DNA from: Eledone cirrhosa
Taxonomy: Eukaryota
Reading direction: 5' to 3'
Assembly: GCA_964016885.1 (NCBI GenBank)
Contig: OZ024740.1
Location: 139,438,001-139,502,000, forward strand
DNA: 64,000 nt
Shown here: piece by piece, positions 1 to 11,448 of the stretch
Layout: each line of letters starts with the position of its first letter
Numbering within the stretch: position 1 is the stretch's first letter
Notes under the pieces: generated by a model
Told to the model about the DNA's origin: nothing
Database searches by the model: none
What the model saw: the letters and a program-made list of their open reading frames with translations, nothing else
Position numbers and translations under genes: made by a program

Positions 1-262
1 AGTAAATTGGATGCGCCTTTCGCATTTATTTAGTGCAAATACACATATAAACTCACATATCTGACCAGATGTCGAAGAAGCGTCGGGCTCCGTGAATTTG
101 GTTGTACCCTGAGCTAATTGATATCGAAAGAACTGTAATGTGCCATTAACATTGGTACATACGCTGCAACACAAACTTCGATTCAACTTATTCTACACAC
201 ACACACACACAAATATATATATACATACATATACTTATATAGCTATACATACATATATACAT

Positions 263-316
<54 letters not shown>

Positions 317-469
317 TGTATAAATAAATAAATACATATATATATATATATAAAACACACATATATTCAGTTCAAGATTTATAAAAAAAAACATTACACA
401 CCTAAATTACATTCACATATACCGTATAAAATATAAGTAATGGCAAACATGCTTCGCGGCATAGAGTTA

Positions 470-630
470 CAACCCTTTACGTTCTGAGTTCAAATCCCGC
501 CGAGGTTAGGTTTACCTTTCATCGCTGTGAGGTCGATAATATGAAACACCAGTAAGAACTGGGGTCGATTTCATCGACTTCCTCTACCCCTTCAAATTGC
601 TGACCTTGTGCCTAAAGTAGAAACAATTAT
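470..630 (+). mobile_element. SINE fragment, family with ttctgagttcaaatcccgccgaggt...tttcatc...gtcgata core (other copies approx. 1215-1320 -, 12820-12990 -, 16060-16230 -, 26460-26540 +, 31200-31320 -, 48330-48485 +, 48680-48800 -)
   Basis: Recurrent dispersed motif with B-box-like GTTCAAATCC. Confidence 0.7.
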
Positions 631-1029
631 TAGTTTTCATTCGTCAAGTAGTACAGATGACAATTTCGAACACTTTTCTCCTGTATTTGATGTCTCATCA
701 ACAGAACACATCGTACATGGCTTGGGAATAACCAACAGCGAGATTTCTCAAATCCCAAGGGATCTTGTAAAGGCTTATTTTAGAATCAAAGATGACAGTT
801 CATCGCAACTACAGTTCCATGTTTTCAATTCCAATATCTCTCAAATTTTGGAACAGCTGCTTCGTTTTCTTTTTTGTCCAAAGCATTCCTTTCACGATAA
901 GAATCATTTCCTCACAGGATTTTGACAGTTCCTTTACCAAATCACGTTGGGTCTTATTTTGTGTTTCATACATAGCTCACCTTTCAGTGACACATCCATT
1001 TTTTTTCATCCCCATGCTGTTTTCAGTCA

Positions 1030-1140
1030 ACGCGAAAGACTTAGTGATTAAGGTGTTCGAATTACGATCATAAGGTGGTGTGTTCAATTCTTGAACGGAT
1101 GGACGCGTTGTGTTTTTGAACAAGGCGCTTCATTTCTCAT
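1030..1140 (+). mobile_element. Degenerate tRNA-derived SINE
   Basis: A-box-like gacttagtga, B-box gttcaattc, ttgaacaaggc core resembling the copies at 21947 and 42774. Confidence 0.6.
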
Positions 1141-1548
1141 TTATTTTCAGGATAGAACTAGGACAACCATAATGTTTGCTGATTTAGGCGCAATGCCAAC
1201 AAACTTCAGGGAGGGGAAAGTTGATTATATCTACCCCAGTGCGTTACTGATACTTTATTTTTATCGATCCCGTAAGGATGAAGAGCAAAGCTAACCTCGA
1301 CGAAATTTGAACTCGTAACTATATGCGGAAAAGCATATTGTCTGATGTTCTACCGTTACTGCCAATCTGCCATCGTTAGTGGTTTAGTTACTGCCAATCT
1401 GCCATCGTTAGTGATTTAGGCACAAGGCCAACATCTATAATTTTCAACAGGCACCGGCGAGTGCTAAGCTCTGATGATTACCAACAGTATGAAACAGATC
1501 TGTCAGCTTATCTCCCTTTGTTTGTGGAAAAAAGTAGTAAGTGGCATA

Positions 1549-1597
<49 letters not shown>

Positions 1598-1601
<4 letters not shown>

Positions 1602-1783
1602 TAAAAGGAAAAGAAAATGGTGACACATTTTTCCCAGTGAAAAATAGTTTAATTAGGAATAAGTATAAAATAGTAATAAGTATTGGTTAGTATTCAGTTT
1701 TAGTTTTAAGTTTTTAAATAATTTTGAGATAGAGCGCCCGTGATGTTTGCAGAGCAAACATCATGGGCGCTCTATCTCAAAAT
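1598..1783. repeat. Short repeat ending in a hairpin (ttttgagatagagcgcccgtgatgtttgc / gcaaacatcatgggcgctctatctcaaaa) at the 5' junction of a PLE; same family as 37827-38135
   Basis: Visible inverted repeat approx. 1721-1783; sequence similarity to 37827-38020. Confidence 0.65.
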
Positions 1784-2858
1784 AGCCTTTGAACACCTAA
1801 GCGACAATGAACTATATACAGAGATCCCGGACATGACTGCAGCCCAGATCGAAAAACAGACCAACTCCATCTGGTTCGACATCTGAAAGAGAAGACAACT
1901 CCCAAATAAAGTTAAGCTCAACTATACCACTAGAAATAGCAGACTGCCCACTTTCTACCACCTCTTCAAGACCCACAAGAATAGTACTAAGACACAAATA
2001 AGACCCATCGTCTCTAGCATAAAAGGACCGCTATACAAAATTTCCTGGCTCCTCTCCCAGGTCCTCAAGCCTCTACTCTCCACCTTTCCCAGGCACGTCA
2101 GTAGCTCTGACGAAGTCATACGTAGACTACACCAACTCCAGACAGAACCACTAAATAGATACGCCTTTAGCCTCGACGTTGTCTCTCTCTAAACTACAGT
2201 CCCCGCTCATCCAGCTGTCGATTTATTGACGGACTGCGTGATCGCAGAGGACAGCCACTGCTACGGCCTCCTTCCGACGGACATACACCAGCTTTTATCC
2301 TTCACAGTGGACAACACGTACTTCACCTTCCACCACCACACATACAGACAGACAACAGGATTACCCATGGGATCCAGCCTATCGGGCCTGCTGGCCATCA
2401 CCTATATGAACCAGCTAGAATGCCGAGCCCTCAACACCTGCCATTCCCATACCTTCTTCACCCGATATGTAGATGACATACTCATCCTTACATCATCCCG
2501 TGAGGAAGCGGATAAAATATACACAACATTCTCCAGCATGGACGCCAGTATAAAGTTCAGCATGGAACACCCCGATGACCGCGGATCCCTATCCCTACTG
2601 GATTTCCAACTCAGGGTAATAGAGGAAGGCAACATTCACACTTGCTTCTATAAAAAAGCCGCCAGCAGGGACCTGTTCGTACATTTCAGATCGGCCCTCC
2701 CAGCCAGCGCTAAGTTCGGATAATTAAGGAACGAACTACACGTATCCGGAACAAATGCACCGACGCTAGAGACCGAGATACACACACCACACATTTCCTG
2801 GAAGTACTCAATCTGAACGGATACACGACATCCACCACAAACCGTGCCAGAAAGAACA
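1784..2858 (+). pseudogene. Penelope-like element reverse transcriptase fragment (stops and frameshifts)
   Basis: Motifs RLPTFYHLFKTHK, RPIVSS, SLDVVSL, QTTGLPMGSSLS, RYVDD, LSLLD, FYKKAAS..LFVHFRSA. Confidence 0.9.
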
Positions 2859-3901
2859 GAGGGTCTTTGAAAAGAGTATGTCTTGCTAATGAGTGTTTTT
2901 ACGGAGGTACCTGGTCTTTCTACTATCTTAATATTGAGTTTATGTTTGTTTAGGGCCCTTCTAAATTTGTAAGCTAATTCCCCTCTAGGGGTTGTATCGA
3001 TGAACATTACACTCTGGTATTTATTGCTATTATACCATGAGTTTATTCTATTAGCCTTGTTCCTAGTTCTTTCTATTCTATTCCAAAATTTGCTCCTATA
3101 CAAGGGGCAGGTCCCATTTATGTCATTATTTACCATTTTTTCCCATTTGGTTCTGGCTCCTCTATACACTCTGATTTTATCTCTCTGATTGTAGCCAGAG
3201 AACTGCATACGGTGGATGAAGTGTTGTATGTGTCTCTCTAGTTCTTCGGGGTTGCACATGCGGGACACGTTTCTCATCACCCGTACCAAATCCGCAATCA
3301 GTATGTTGATTTTGGTATGGTCCGAAACGGCCGAGTTTCGGTGGATCAGATGTTTGGAAGTCATGGGTTTGGCATAATGGGAATGGAGGATTTGTTTTTT
3401 GTTATTAATGGTATCTAACCAGAGCTCTGTGTCTGGTACAGGTAATTGATGGTTGGGGTGTTTACTTGGGTAGTCTATAGTAACTCTAATGCTCTGGTGG
3501 ATGGAGTTTGCTATTTGCTGGATGCTTTCCATTGTGTTTTTCTCTAGTTCCTGACTGTTCTCTAGAGGGGGTGTCTTAACTACGATGTTTATATCATCAA
3601 CGTAGCGGGAGTACATTATCAGGCTAATTGTTCTTTAAGTTTAAGTTTAAGTCTACTGTCCCACCATACCATGAATAAGTTAGCTATGTCGCCTGCAATG
3701 CTAACACCAATGGCTGCTCCTTCCTCTTGGGCATATGTTTTTCCATTAAATTTGAACATATGTTCCTTAAGGGTTAGTTTTATGCTGGCCCCTACCGCAT
3801 GTGCAATCATTTTCTTCAGTTCATCGTGGTTTTCGGGTGTCCGTATGGCTCTGGTCCACCCGTTCCATCTATCTGTGTGGGTTTTCTTGGCCATTGAGGT
3901 A
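2859..3901 (-). pseudogene. Second PLE family: RT C-terminal half, thumb and linker, inverted; frameshift near 3620
   Basis: QEEGAAIGVSIAGDIANLFMVWWD, YSRYVDD; near-identical to 42918-43470. Confidence 0.9.
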
Positions 3902-4509
3902 GATCATACGCCCCATCATTGAAATGTCCCCAGATGTATGTGACAGCACGGAGGACCTCCTCAGCAGAATCCTAGTGAGTAACCGATCTAGGGACTTAAC
4001 AAACTGCATAATAGGTAGTATGGATGTTGTGTCCCTGTATCCATCTATTGACGTGGATTTTGCTATGGAGAAATGCGTAGAAATGATCAGTGAGAGCAAT
4101 GTTGAGTTCCGTGGGATTGATACCAGTGAGCTGGGACTCCTACTTAAACTTACCTATAGTAATAATTACCTAGACACATATGACCTTAGCAACCTGTGCC
4201 CTACAAGACCAGCAAGAGGCAGACCACCTACCATTACCTCAATGGCCAAGAAAACCCACACAAAATGGCGTAGGACAGAACAAAGGAGAGGCACAGAAAC
4301 AAAGAAAGGAATCCCCAGTCACTGAAGAGGTCACAGAGTGTGTGACGAAAGAACTATGACAATATATAAACAACTATCTGATTGTGGAACCAACCAACCA
4401 ACCAGAAATTTATAAATTTATAAATTTATTATAAATTTATTATAATAAATTGAAGTGAAAGCAACTGGTGCGTGTGTTTCTTATTGGCAACATGACCCTC
4501 CCAAAGTAT

Positions 4510-4515
<6 letters not shown>
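3902..4515 (+). mobile_element. Same PLE family: RT N-terminal piece joined directly to the 3' UTR/pLTR, ending in (TA)n
   Basis: CDSTEDLL, IGSMDVVSLYPSID; 4260-4515 matches 44010-44257. Confidence 0.85.
4318..4360 (+). ncRNA. Minimal type I hammerhead ribozyme in PLE 3' end
   Basis: GTCA-CTGAAGAG-GTCACA/TGTGAC-GAAA-GAAC-TA-TGAC; stem I GTCA/TGAC. Confidence 0.8.
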
Positions 4516-4563
<48 letters not shown>

Positions 4564-5226
4564 GTATGTGTGCATGTGTGTGTTTGTCAGTCTGCTTGTG
4601 GATGAGTGATTTCCGTGTTTGTGTATAGAGTCTGACACTCCGGGATGTATGTAGAAGTACAGATGTCCGCTTGTAGCCGTTGCTTACAACGCGCATGCGT
4701 GAGGCGTGATCAGTTCGTGTCTGTTATATCTGTGGGGATCGACTTTCAACTTTCATTCAGCGCAGTCAACTTCACAATTAATTTGACAATATTAAAACAT
4801 TTCACTTGGCAATATCATATATTAAAGCTGGCAACAACAACAGCCCACCCCCAGACCTGATCTTCTTGCAGTCAACCATAGGTTCTCGAATTTTAGCGGT
4901 CAAAATTAATCTTGACATTTTTTTTTTTTTTTTTTTTTTGTGTGAAATGAAAGACGGCTAGGTAAATTCGAAGTAATAAATATCCGAGCGGCATAAAACC
5001 AAACTATTAATCATGTGACATACACGACATTCAGGACCCACATTAATTAAAATAGCTGTTTTGTAGTTTATGTGTTATATGTGTTAAATTTTATACACAC
5101 AAACACACGTAAACACAAACACAAATACACACACTCACACACACACACGCACACACACACACACACACATACACACACACACAAACACACACAAACACAC
5201 ACACCCTTTCACACAAACACACACAC

Positions 5227-5292
<66 letters not shown>

Positions 5293-5795
5293 TCTCAGAC
5301 ACCCATATTGATATGTAGAGAATGTGAGAAAACAACAAAGCTAACAATATATTACGCATTCATTTTTATATACTATGTACATATGTATGTATGTACAAAT
5401 CAACACACATACATGCATGAATACATACACATATACATAATGAAAACACACCCACACCCACACCCACACCCACACACACACACGCGCACACACGCACACA
5501 CATACTCACACGCACACACTCACACACACACACACACACATATATATGTGTCTATATATATATATATATATATACATATATATATGTATATAAGTATGTA
5601 TACGTACATACATATATGTATACAGACGTACAGTAGTATGTATATATATATACATACATGCACACATATATATATGTACGTATGGATTCACCAAACATTT
5701 ATTATAATGCTCGGTGTGTTTGTAAACAAATATCCCATATTAAGCCGTAGTGTCTAGCAACCATCGTTGTTCGTTTGTTCAACACTGACAAAGGA

Positions 5796-5838
5796 ACGCT
5801 GTACTAGTTTCAAGCTTATTAGCTATCGTCAGCAACGT
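5796..5838 (-). ncRNA. Hammerhead ribozyme
   Basis: Minus strand ACGTTG-CTGACGA-TAGCT AATA AGCTT-GAAA-CTAG-TA-CAGCGT. Confidence 0.8.
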
Positions 5839-6215
5839 ATACCTTCCTGCCAGATTGTTGAACGTATATACTTACCTTATGCATATTAACGGCTGAGTAG
5901 CCCAATTTGTATATTGAGTGAGTTAATCGGCCGGGTGCACCGAAAACGATAGACGGAAAAAAATGAAACGAAATTTCATTTCCCACTCTTAGTACGGCTG
6001 TTACTTAAATATAAGTATGTATACGTACATACATATATGTATACAGACGTAGAGTAGTATGTATATATATATACTACATGCACACATATATATATGTACG
6101 TATGGATTCACCGAACATTTATTATAATGCTCGGTGTGTTTGTAAACAAACATCCCGTATTAAGCCGTAGTGTCTAGCAACCATCATTGCTCGTTTGTTC
6201 AACACTGACAAAGGA

Positions 6216-6258
6216 ACGCTGTACTAGTTTCAAGCTTATTAGCTATCGTCAGCAACGT
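6216..6258 (-). ncRNA. Hammerhead ribozyme, second tandem copy
   Basis: Identical to 5796-5838. Confidence 0.8.
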
Positions 6259-6305
6259 ATACCTTCCTGCCAGATTGTTGAACGTATATACTTACCTTAT
6301 GCATA

Positions 6306-6624
6306 CTCGATACTTAGGGTAGTAGAGTGGGTAATACGAAAAGAGTCAGGACCCCGACGGCTGAGCTCCGGCCGTTTGGAGAGCTAGATCCGAACTAAAC
6401 CAGCAGTATTAGAACGGCGGGAGGCTAACTGGACCTATCAAGGGGTACAATCCATATACGGACATGCAGTCAAAGAATTTTTTTAAACTTATTTGACTGC
6501 ATGCCCATATATGGACTGTACCCCTTGATAGGTTCAGCTAGATTCCCGCCGTTACAATACTGGTGGCTTAGTTCGGATCTAGCTGTCGAAACGGCCGCAG
6601 CTCCGCCGTCGGGGTCCTGACTCT

Positions 6625-6628
<4 letters not shown>
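6306..6628. mobile_element. Fold-back non-coding element with HHR-like arms (family also at 20770-21025, 28590-28795, 41862-41975)
   Basis: Arms approx. 6338-6474 and 6492-6628 are diverged inverted repeats; the minus-strand arm has CAAA in place of GAAA. Confidence 0.75.
6520..6615 (+). ncRNA. Variant hammerhead (U3-A8 core, TTGATAG)
   Basis: ACCCC-TTGATAG-stem II CAGCTAGAT/ATCTAGCTG-GAAA-CGGC..GCCG-TC-GGGGT. Confidence 0.6.
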
Positions 6629-6678
<50 letters not shown>

Positions 6679-6728
6679 TCTATCTATATATATATATATT
6701 TGTCATATATATATATCATCTATATATA

Positions 6729-6796
<68 letters not shown>

Positions 6797-6877
6797 GATA
6801 AGCAGAACAAGTAAAATTCAATCAATTTTTTAAAATACATTAAAAAATATAATATAAATATTTACCTCTCCTAGTGG

Positions 6878-6956
6878 CCCTTACTGATCAGTTTCGCTTT
6901 GTAAAACCTCATAAATCCGATGGATTTATGATGGAAAACCAAAGCTCATCAGAGAA
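6878..6956 (-). ncRNA. Hammerhead ribozyme in non-coding element approx. 6795-7355
   Basis: TTCT-CTGATGA-GCTTTG..CAAAGC-GAAA-CTGATCAG-TA-AGGG; palindromic stem III. Confidence 0.8.
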
Positions 6957-7169
6957 GCATTTTCCCTTCCTAGGGCTAAACGTTCCAGGAACGACAAAAT
7001 ATATAACCTCCTGCCAGCAAATAAAGGTCTGAAAGGTCGTAAAAGTGACCCGTATGTAAACTGGACCGAAGTAAAAGCGGGAAAATCAAAGACTTGCTGT
7101 CTACAATTACTACTACAAAAATAGCAGCTAAATAGAACAACAGGATTGTTCTCAACAGACGGAGAAAAA

Positions 7170-7356
7170 GATTGAAGTTAATATGTCCAGGGGTACTAGG
7201 TACCCCCAGAAATACATAGGTTGTCTATGATTCAAGGTTGTTCAATGGTATTAATTTGATACACCAGAACTTTAATATTAAGTGAACAACCTTGAATCAT
7301 AGACAACCTATGTATTTCTGGGGGTACCTAGTACCCCTGGACATATTAACTTCAAT
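7170..7356. repeat. ~73-bp inverted repeat at end of the element
   Basis: ttgaagttaatatgtccagggg...gttgttca / tgaacaac...ggacatattaacttcaa. Confidence 0.85.
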
Positions 7357-7412
7357 ATATATATATATATATATATTGTCATTTATATATATATATCATC
7401 TATATATATATA

Positions 7413-8455
7413 CACCAGAGTATAACTGTAACTATCGACTCCCTTCCAAACAGCCAAACAATAGACTACCTGTATTAGACACGGAACTCTGGATTAACAC
7501 TATAGACGAGAGAGCCCAAATTCTCCACTCACACTATGCTAAACCCATGGCCTCCAAATACCTGATACTCAAAAACTCAGCAATGTCCAGTAGTGCTAAG
7601 TTTAATATTCTGATCGCAGATTTGGTACGAGTGATGAAGAATGTGTCCCGCATGTGTGACCCAACAGAAATGGAAAAACACATCCAACACTTCATCAACC
7701 GCATGCAGTTCTCTGGCTACAACCAAAGAGACAGAGTCAGAGTATACGAAGGAGCCATGGAGAAGTATAAGACCCTCATAGAACTGGACATGAAAGGAAT
7801 TTGCCCATTATACAGGAGCAAATCATGGAATAGCTTAGATAGGGCTAGACATAAGATAGGGAAAGCCACCTCATGGTACGACAACCAGAGATACCAGAGT
7901 GTCATGTTTGTGGACGCTACCCCTGGAGGGAAATTAGCTAAGCAGTGTAGAAAGGCCCTGAGAAAGACCCACTTAAAGATTAAGGTGGTAGAAAAGCCAG
8001 GAACCACCATAAAATCCCTGATCAGCAAAACCTACCCTTTTAAGAAAACCCACTGTACTAATAGGAAATGTATCATATGTAAGGTAAACCCCCGGATAAA
8101 CTGTAAAACTAGAAACGTAGTCTATAGCATAAGATGTACAGAGGGTACTTGCAGAAACATGACAACAACATACATAGGCGAGACAGCTCGTAGCATAGGT
8201 GAAAGGATAGACCAACACTGGGGGGAAGTAAAAGGACGAAAAAACGGGTCAGTATTATACGAACATGCCAGACAACAACACGACGGTAACATAGACCACA
8301 TAGAAATTAGAATAATATCTAAACATAGAAATGACCCAGCAGATAGGCAAATCAGAGAGGCCAGTGAAATAGAACTTAGAAGGCCAAAACTAAACAGAAA
8401 GAATGAATCGAATAACAACAACACCCAAACAAACAACACTAACCTAAGAGAAGTA

Positions 8456-8494
<39 letters not shown>

Positions 8495-8657
8495 ATACAT
8501 ACACAAGCACAATAACAACAAACACATATAAACACACACTAGTAAAGATAGAATACATTAACCGATACACAGTCACCCAATCACAAACACACATCAAACA
8601 AAACACAATACACACACGCAAACGCATGCACAAAGAAGACAAAATAAAATAAACAAA

Positions 8658-8688
<31 letters not shown>

Positions 8689-8998
8689 ATATATAGACAG
8701 ACTAAATAAAAATGGCGTAGACATACAATGTAACGGGAGGAAACAATAGCACCACTGACGATGTTGCAGATGTGCAACGAAAGAACTTTGATAAACTATA
8801 TATATGTGTTTGTGTCTATATTGTATCTGTATTATTTTTGACCGTCGGTCAGTCAATGGCAACATTGAGGACCGAATAAATTAGATTACCGATATAAAAG
8901 ACACAGAAGCGAAAAGCGAAATCCAACCAAACAGTGAGTGTGTTCTGTTATTAATTCTGGCAATATTACACAAATATGACCCTCCCCAAGTATAACAA
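7413..8998 (+). mobile_element. 5'-truncated PLE: RT thumb, Cys-rich linker, GIY-YIG endonuclease (open to 8458) and 3' UTR
   Basis: LPVLDTELW, HYAKPM, CTNRKCIIC..NCKTRNVVYSIRC..YIGETARSIGERIDQH; flanked by TA-rich microsatellite. Confidence 0.92.
8753..8790 (+). ncRNA. Minimal hammerhead in PLE 3' UTR
   Basis: CTGACGAT-GTTGCA/TGCAAC-GAAA-GAAC-TT-TG; stem II covaries with the 4318 copy; stem I short. Confidence 0.65.
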
Positions 8999-9089
8999 TA
9001 TATTTATATATATATATTTGTCATCTATATATATATATCATCTCTCTCTATATATATATATATAAATAAGAATATTTTTGAAACAGCGA

Positions 9090-9303
9090 GTGGGTTTGAA
9101 ATTATTAGAAATGTAAGCTATCGCCGTATTTTGACTAAAGAAATTAAATTAATTATTTAGCCTGATAGTGGGGTTAAGAACCCTCAGAGAAATGGAAAAA
9201 GATGAATGTCAATACTCATCTTTTTCCATTTCTCCGAGGGTTCTTAAATAATTTCTTTAATTTCTTTAGTCAAAATACGGCGATAGCTTACATTTCTAAT
9301 AAT
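9090..9303. repeat. Fold-back element between (TA)n tracts
   Basis: attattagaaatgtaagctatcgccg... inverted as ...cggcgatagcttacatttctaataat; inner hairpin 9177-9246. Confidence 0.8.
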
Positions 9304-9321
9304 ATATATATATGTATATAT

Positions 9322-9369
<48 letters not shown>

Positions 9370-9376
<7 letters not shown>

Positions 9377-10280
9377 GTGTAAGGAATTCTTTTACAATGG
9401 AATTAGCTCGAAAGGAAATATTCCTGAGCCGTGTATAAAAGTAATATATATGAGTAATATATATGTTGAAACAGATACCAACATATCTGTATTTATATTG
9501 CAAAAGAAAGTTAGCCAGACTGAAGAATATTAATTATTATACCACAGTTCATCCACATCGATTTAAAATAATAATAATAATAAATCGACAAAAACTAGTT
9601 GTGCTGCCAAATGGCAATGATGTTTATACATATTTAAATTTCAAAGTCAAACCTGTTCAGTAGATAAGTTTAAACCTCAAAATCCAAACATGTTTCGAGA
9701 TGGATATAAGTGTAGGAATATCATGCCACTGCTCTCCTCAGTAAACATCCAGAGACAATTGATAAGCTTCACTTCTAAATAATTTAAAAGACTGTGTGAC
9801 GCACATGGGTTCACAGATTCAGGCTAGTCTCATAACCGTACTGCTAGAAATAACAGTCGTATATATGAGGCGAATTTTAGCTCGACGAAGAGCCGTTATA
9901 TTAAGTGTAAGGAATTCTTTTACAATGGAATTAGCTCGAAAGGAAATATTCCTGAGCCGTGTATAAAAGTTACTGAGGAGAGCAGTGGCATGATATTCCT
10001 ACACTTATATCCATCTCGAAACATGTTTGGATTTTGAGGTTTAAACTTATCTACTGAACAGGTTTGACTTTGAAATTTAAATATGTATAAACATCATTGC
10101 CATTTGGCAGCACAACTAGTTTTTGTCGATTTATTATTATTATTATTTTAAATCGATGTGGATGAACTGTGGTATAATAATTAATATTCTTCAGTCTGGC
10201 TAACTTTCTTTTGCAATATAAATACAGATATGTTGGTATCTGTTTCAACATATATATTACTCATATATATTACTTTTATA
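9370..10280 (-). mobile_element. Non-coding PLE-like element: 528-bp unit, ~70-bp direct terminal redundancy, ~310-bp inverted copy
   Basis: 9373 repeats at 9901; 9970-10280 is the reverse complement of ~9436-9744 (identical 66-aa ORFs on both strands). Confidence 0.85.
9682..9746 (-). ncRNA. Hammerhead ribozyme (inverted copy at 9969-10032 +)
   Basis: GTTTA-CTGAGGA-GAG..CTC-GAAA-CATG-TT-TGGAT. Confidence 0.7.
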
Positions 10281-10368
10281 TATATATATATATATTTCAT
10301 CTCTCTCTCTCTATATATATATATATATTTGTCATCTATATATGTATATGTGTGTGTATATATATATG

Positions 10369-10429
<61 letters not shown>

Positions 10430-10543
10430 GGAATAGAATGAAACGAAATTTCATTTCTCACTCTTAGTACGGCACTTACTTAAATGTTAAATGTAAGTAT
10501 GTATGTATACGTACATACATATATGTATACAGACGTACAGTAG

Positions 10544-10580
<37 letters not shown>

Positions 10581-10728
10581 GCACACATATATATATATGT
10601 ACGTATCAGTTTACCGAACATTTATTATAATGTTCGCTTTGTTCGTTTGTAAACAAACGGACAGCCTGATTTACGCCGTACAGTGTTCAGGCAACCACGT
10701 CACCTTTTTATTCAACACTGACACAGGA

Positions 10729-10771
10729 ACGATGTACTAGTTTCAAGCTTGTTAGCTATCGTCAGCACCGT
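10729..10771 (-). ncRNA. Hammerhead of 420-bp family within permuted copy 10436-10836
   Basis: ACGGTG-CTGACGA-TAGCT..AGCTT-GAAA-CTAG-TA-CATCGT. Confidence 0.8.
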
Positions 10772-11023
10772 ATACCTTTCTGCCAGATGGTTGAACGTTC
10801 GAAAGTATATACTTTCCTTATGAAAATTAACGGCTGTATATATATATAAATACATTATCGGGGAAAACCTTTTAGCAATACTCCGGCCAAATTCCAACTC
10901 ACTCAACAAACATTAGGAAATAAGTGAGTATATTCCTAATTAAGTGTTCGGGGTGCTAACTAAATGTATTGCGTAGAAAATTGGCTGTATTATTTCATAT
11001 GAGACATATCGAATATATCTCTT

Positions 11024-11150
11024 CCCAGACGGACGTCTCGTTTCATTATAGGATTCCTACAATTTGGGTGAAATTATACCAATTTATGTAGGAGCTTGTA
11101 TACCGTCAATAGATATATATTCAAGTGGGCTCCTATAATTCATCAGTGGG
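11024..11150 (-). ncRNA. Hammerhead ribozyme with extended stem II
   Basis: CCCA-CTGATGA-ATTATAGGA..TCCTATAAT-GAAA-CGAGACGTCCG-TC-TGGG. Confidence 0.8.
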
Positions 11151-11299
11151 TGCCCCAATAATACTAGTATTGATAATCTAACCAACATCAGTATTTAGCG
11201 ATAATCATCATCAGTGCCTGAGGTATCTGTTAGGTTGCTAGTCCAGCAGTTCCAAAGAAATACTCAAACTGATTAAAAAATTAGGAAATAAATTACCGC

Positions 11300-11352
<53 letters not shown>

Positions 11353-11359
11353 ATGAATG

Positions 11360-11410
<51 letters not shown>

Positions 11411-11448
11411 GTGTATGTATGTATGTATGTATGTATGTATGTATGTAT

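Larger units (their letters stand above)
5590..6305 (-). mobile_element. Non-coding retrozyme-like element, 1.7 tandem copies of a ~420-bp HHR-containing unit
   Basis: Direct repeat with 420-bp period; related copies at 10436-10836, 28405-28560, 55135-55565. Confidence 0.8.

Noticed and set aside
7292-7412. N-terminus of the 388-aa ORF (likewise 42847-42917 of the 336-aa ORF)
   Set aside because: Chance read-in from an inverted repeat/microsatellite or SINE; the PLEs are 5'-truncated
9463-10251. Identical 66-aa ORFs on both strands
   Set aside because: By-product of the inverted duplication; no recognisable domain
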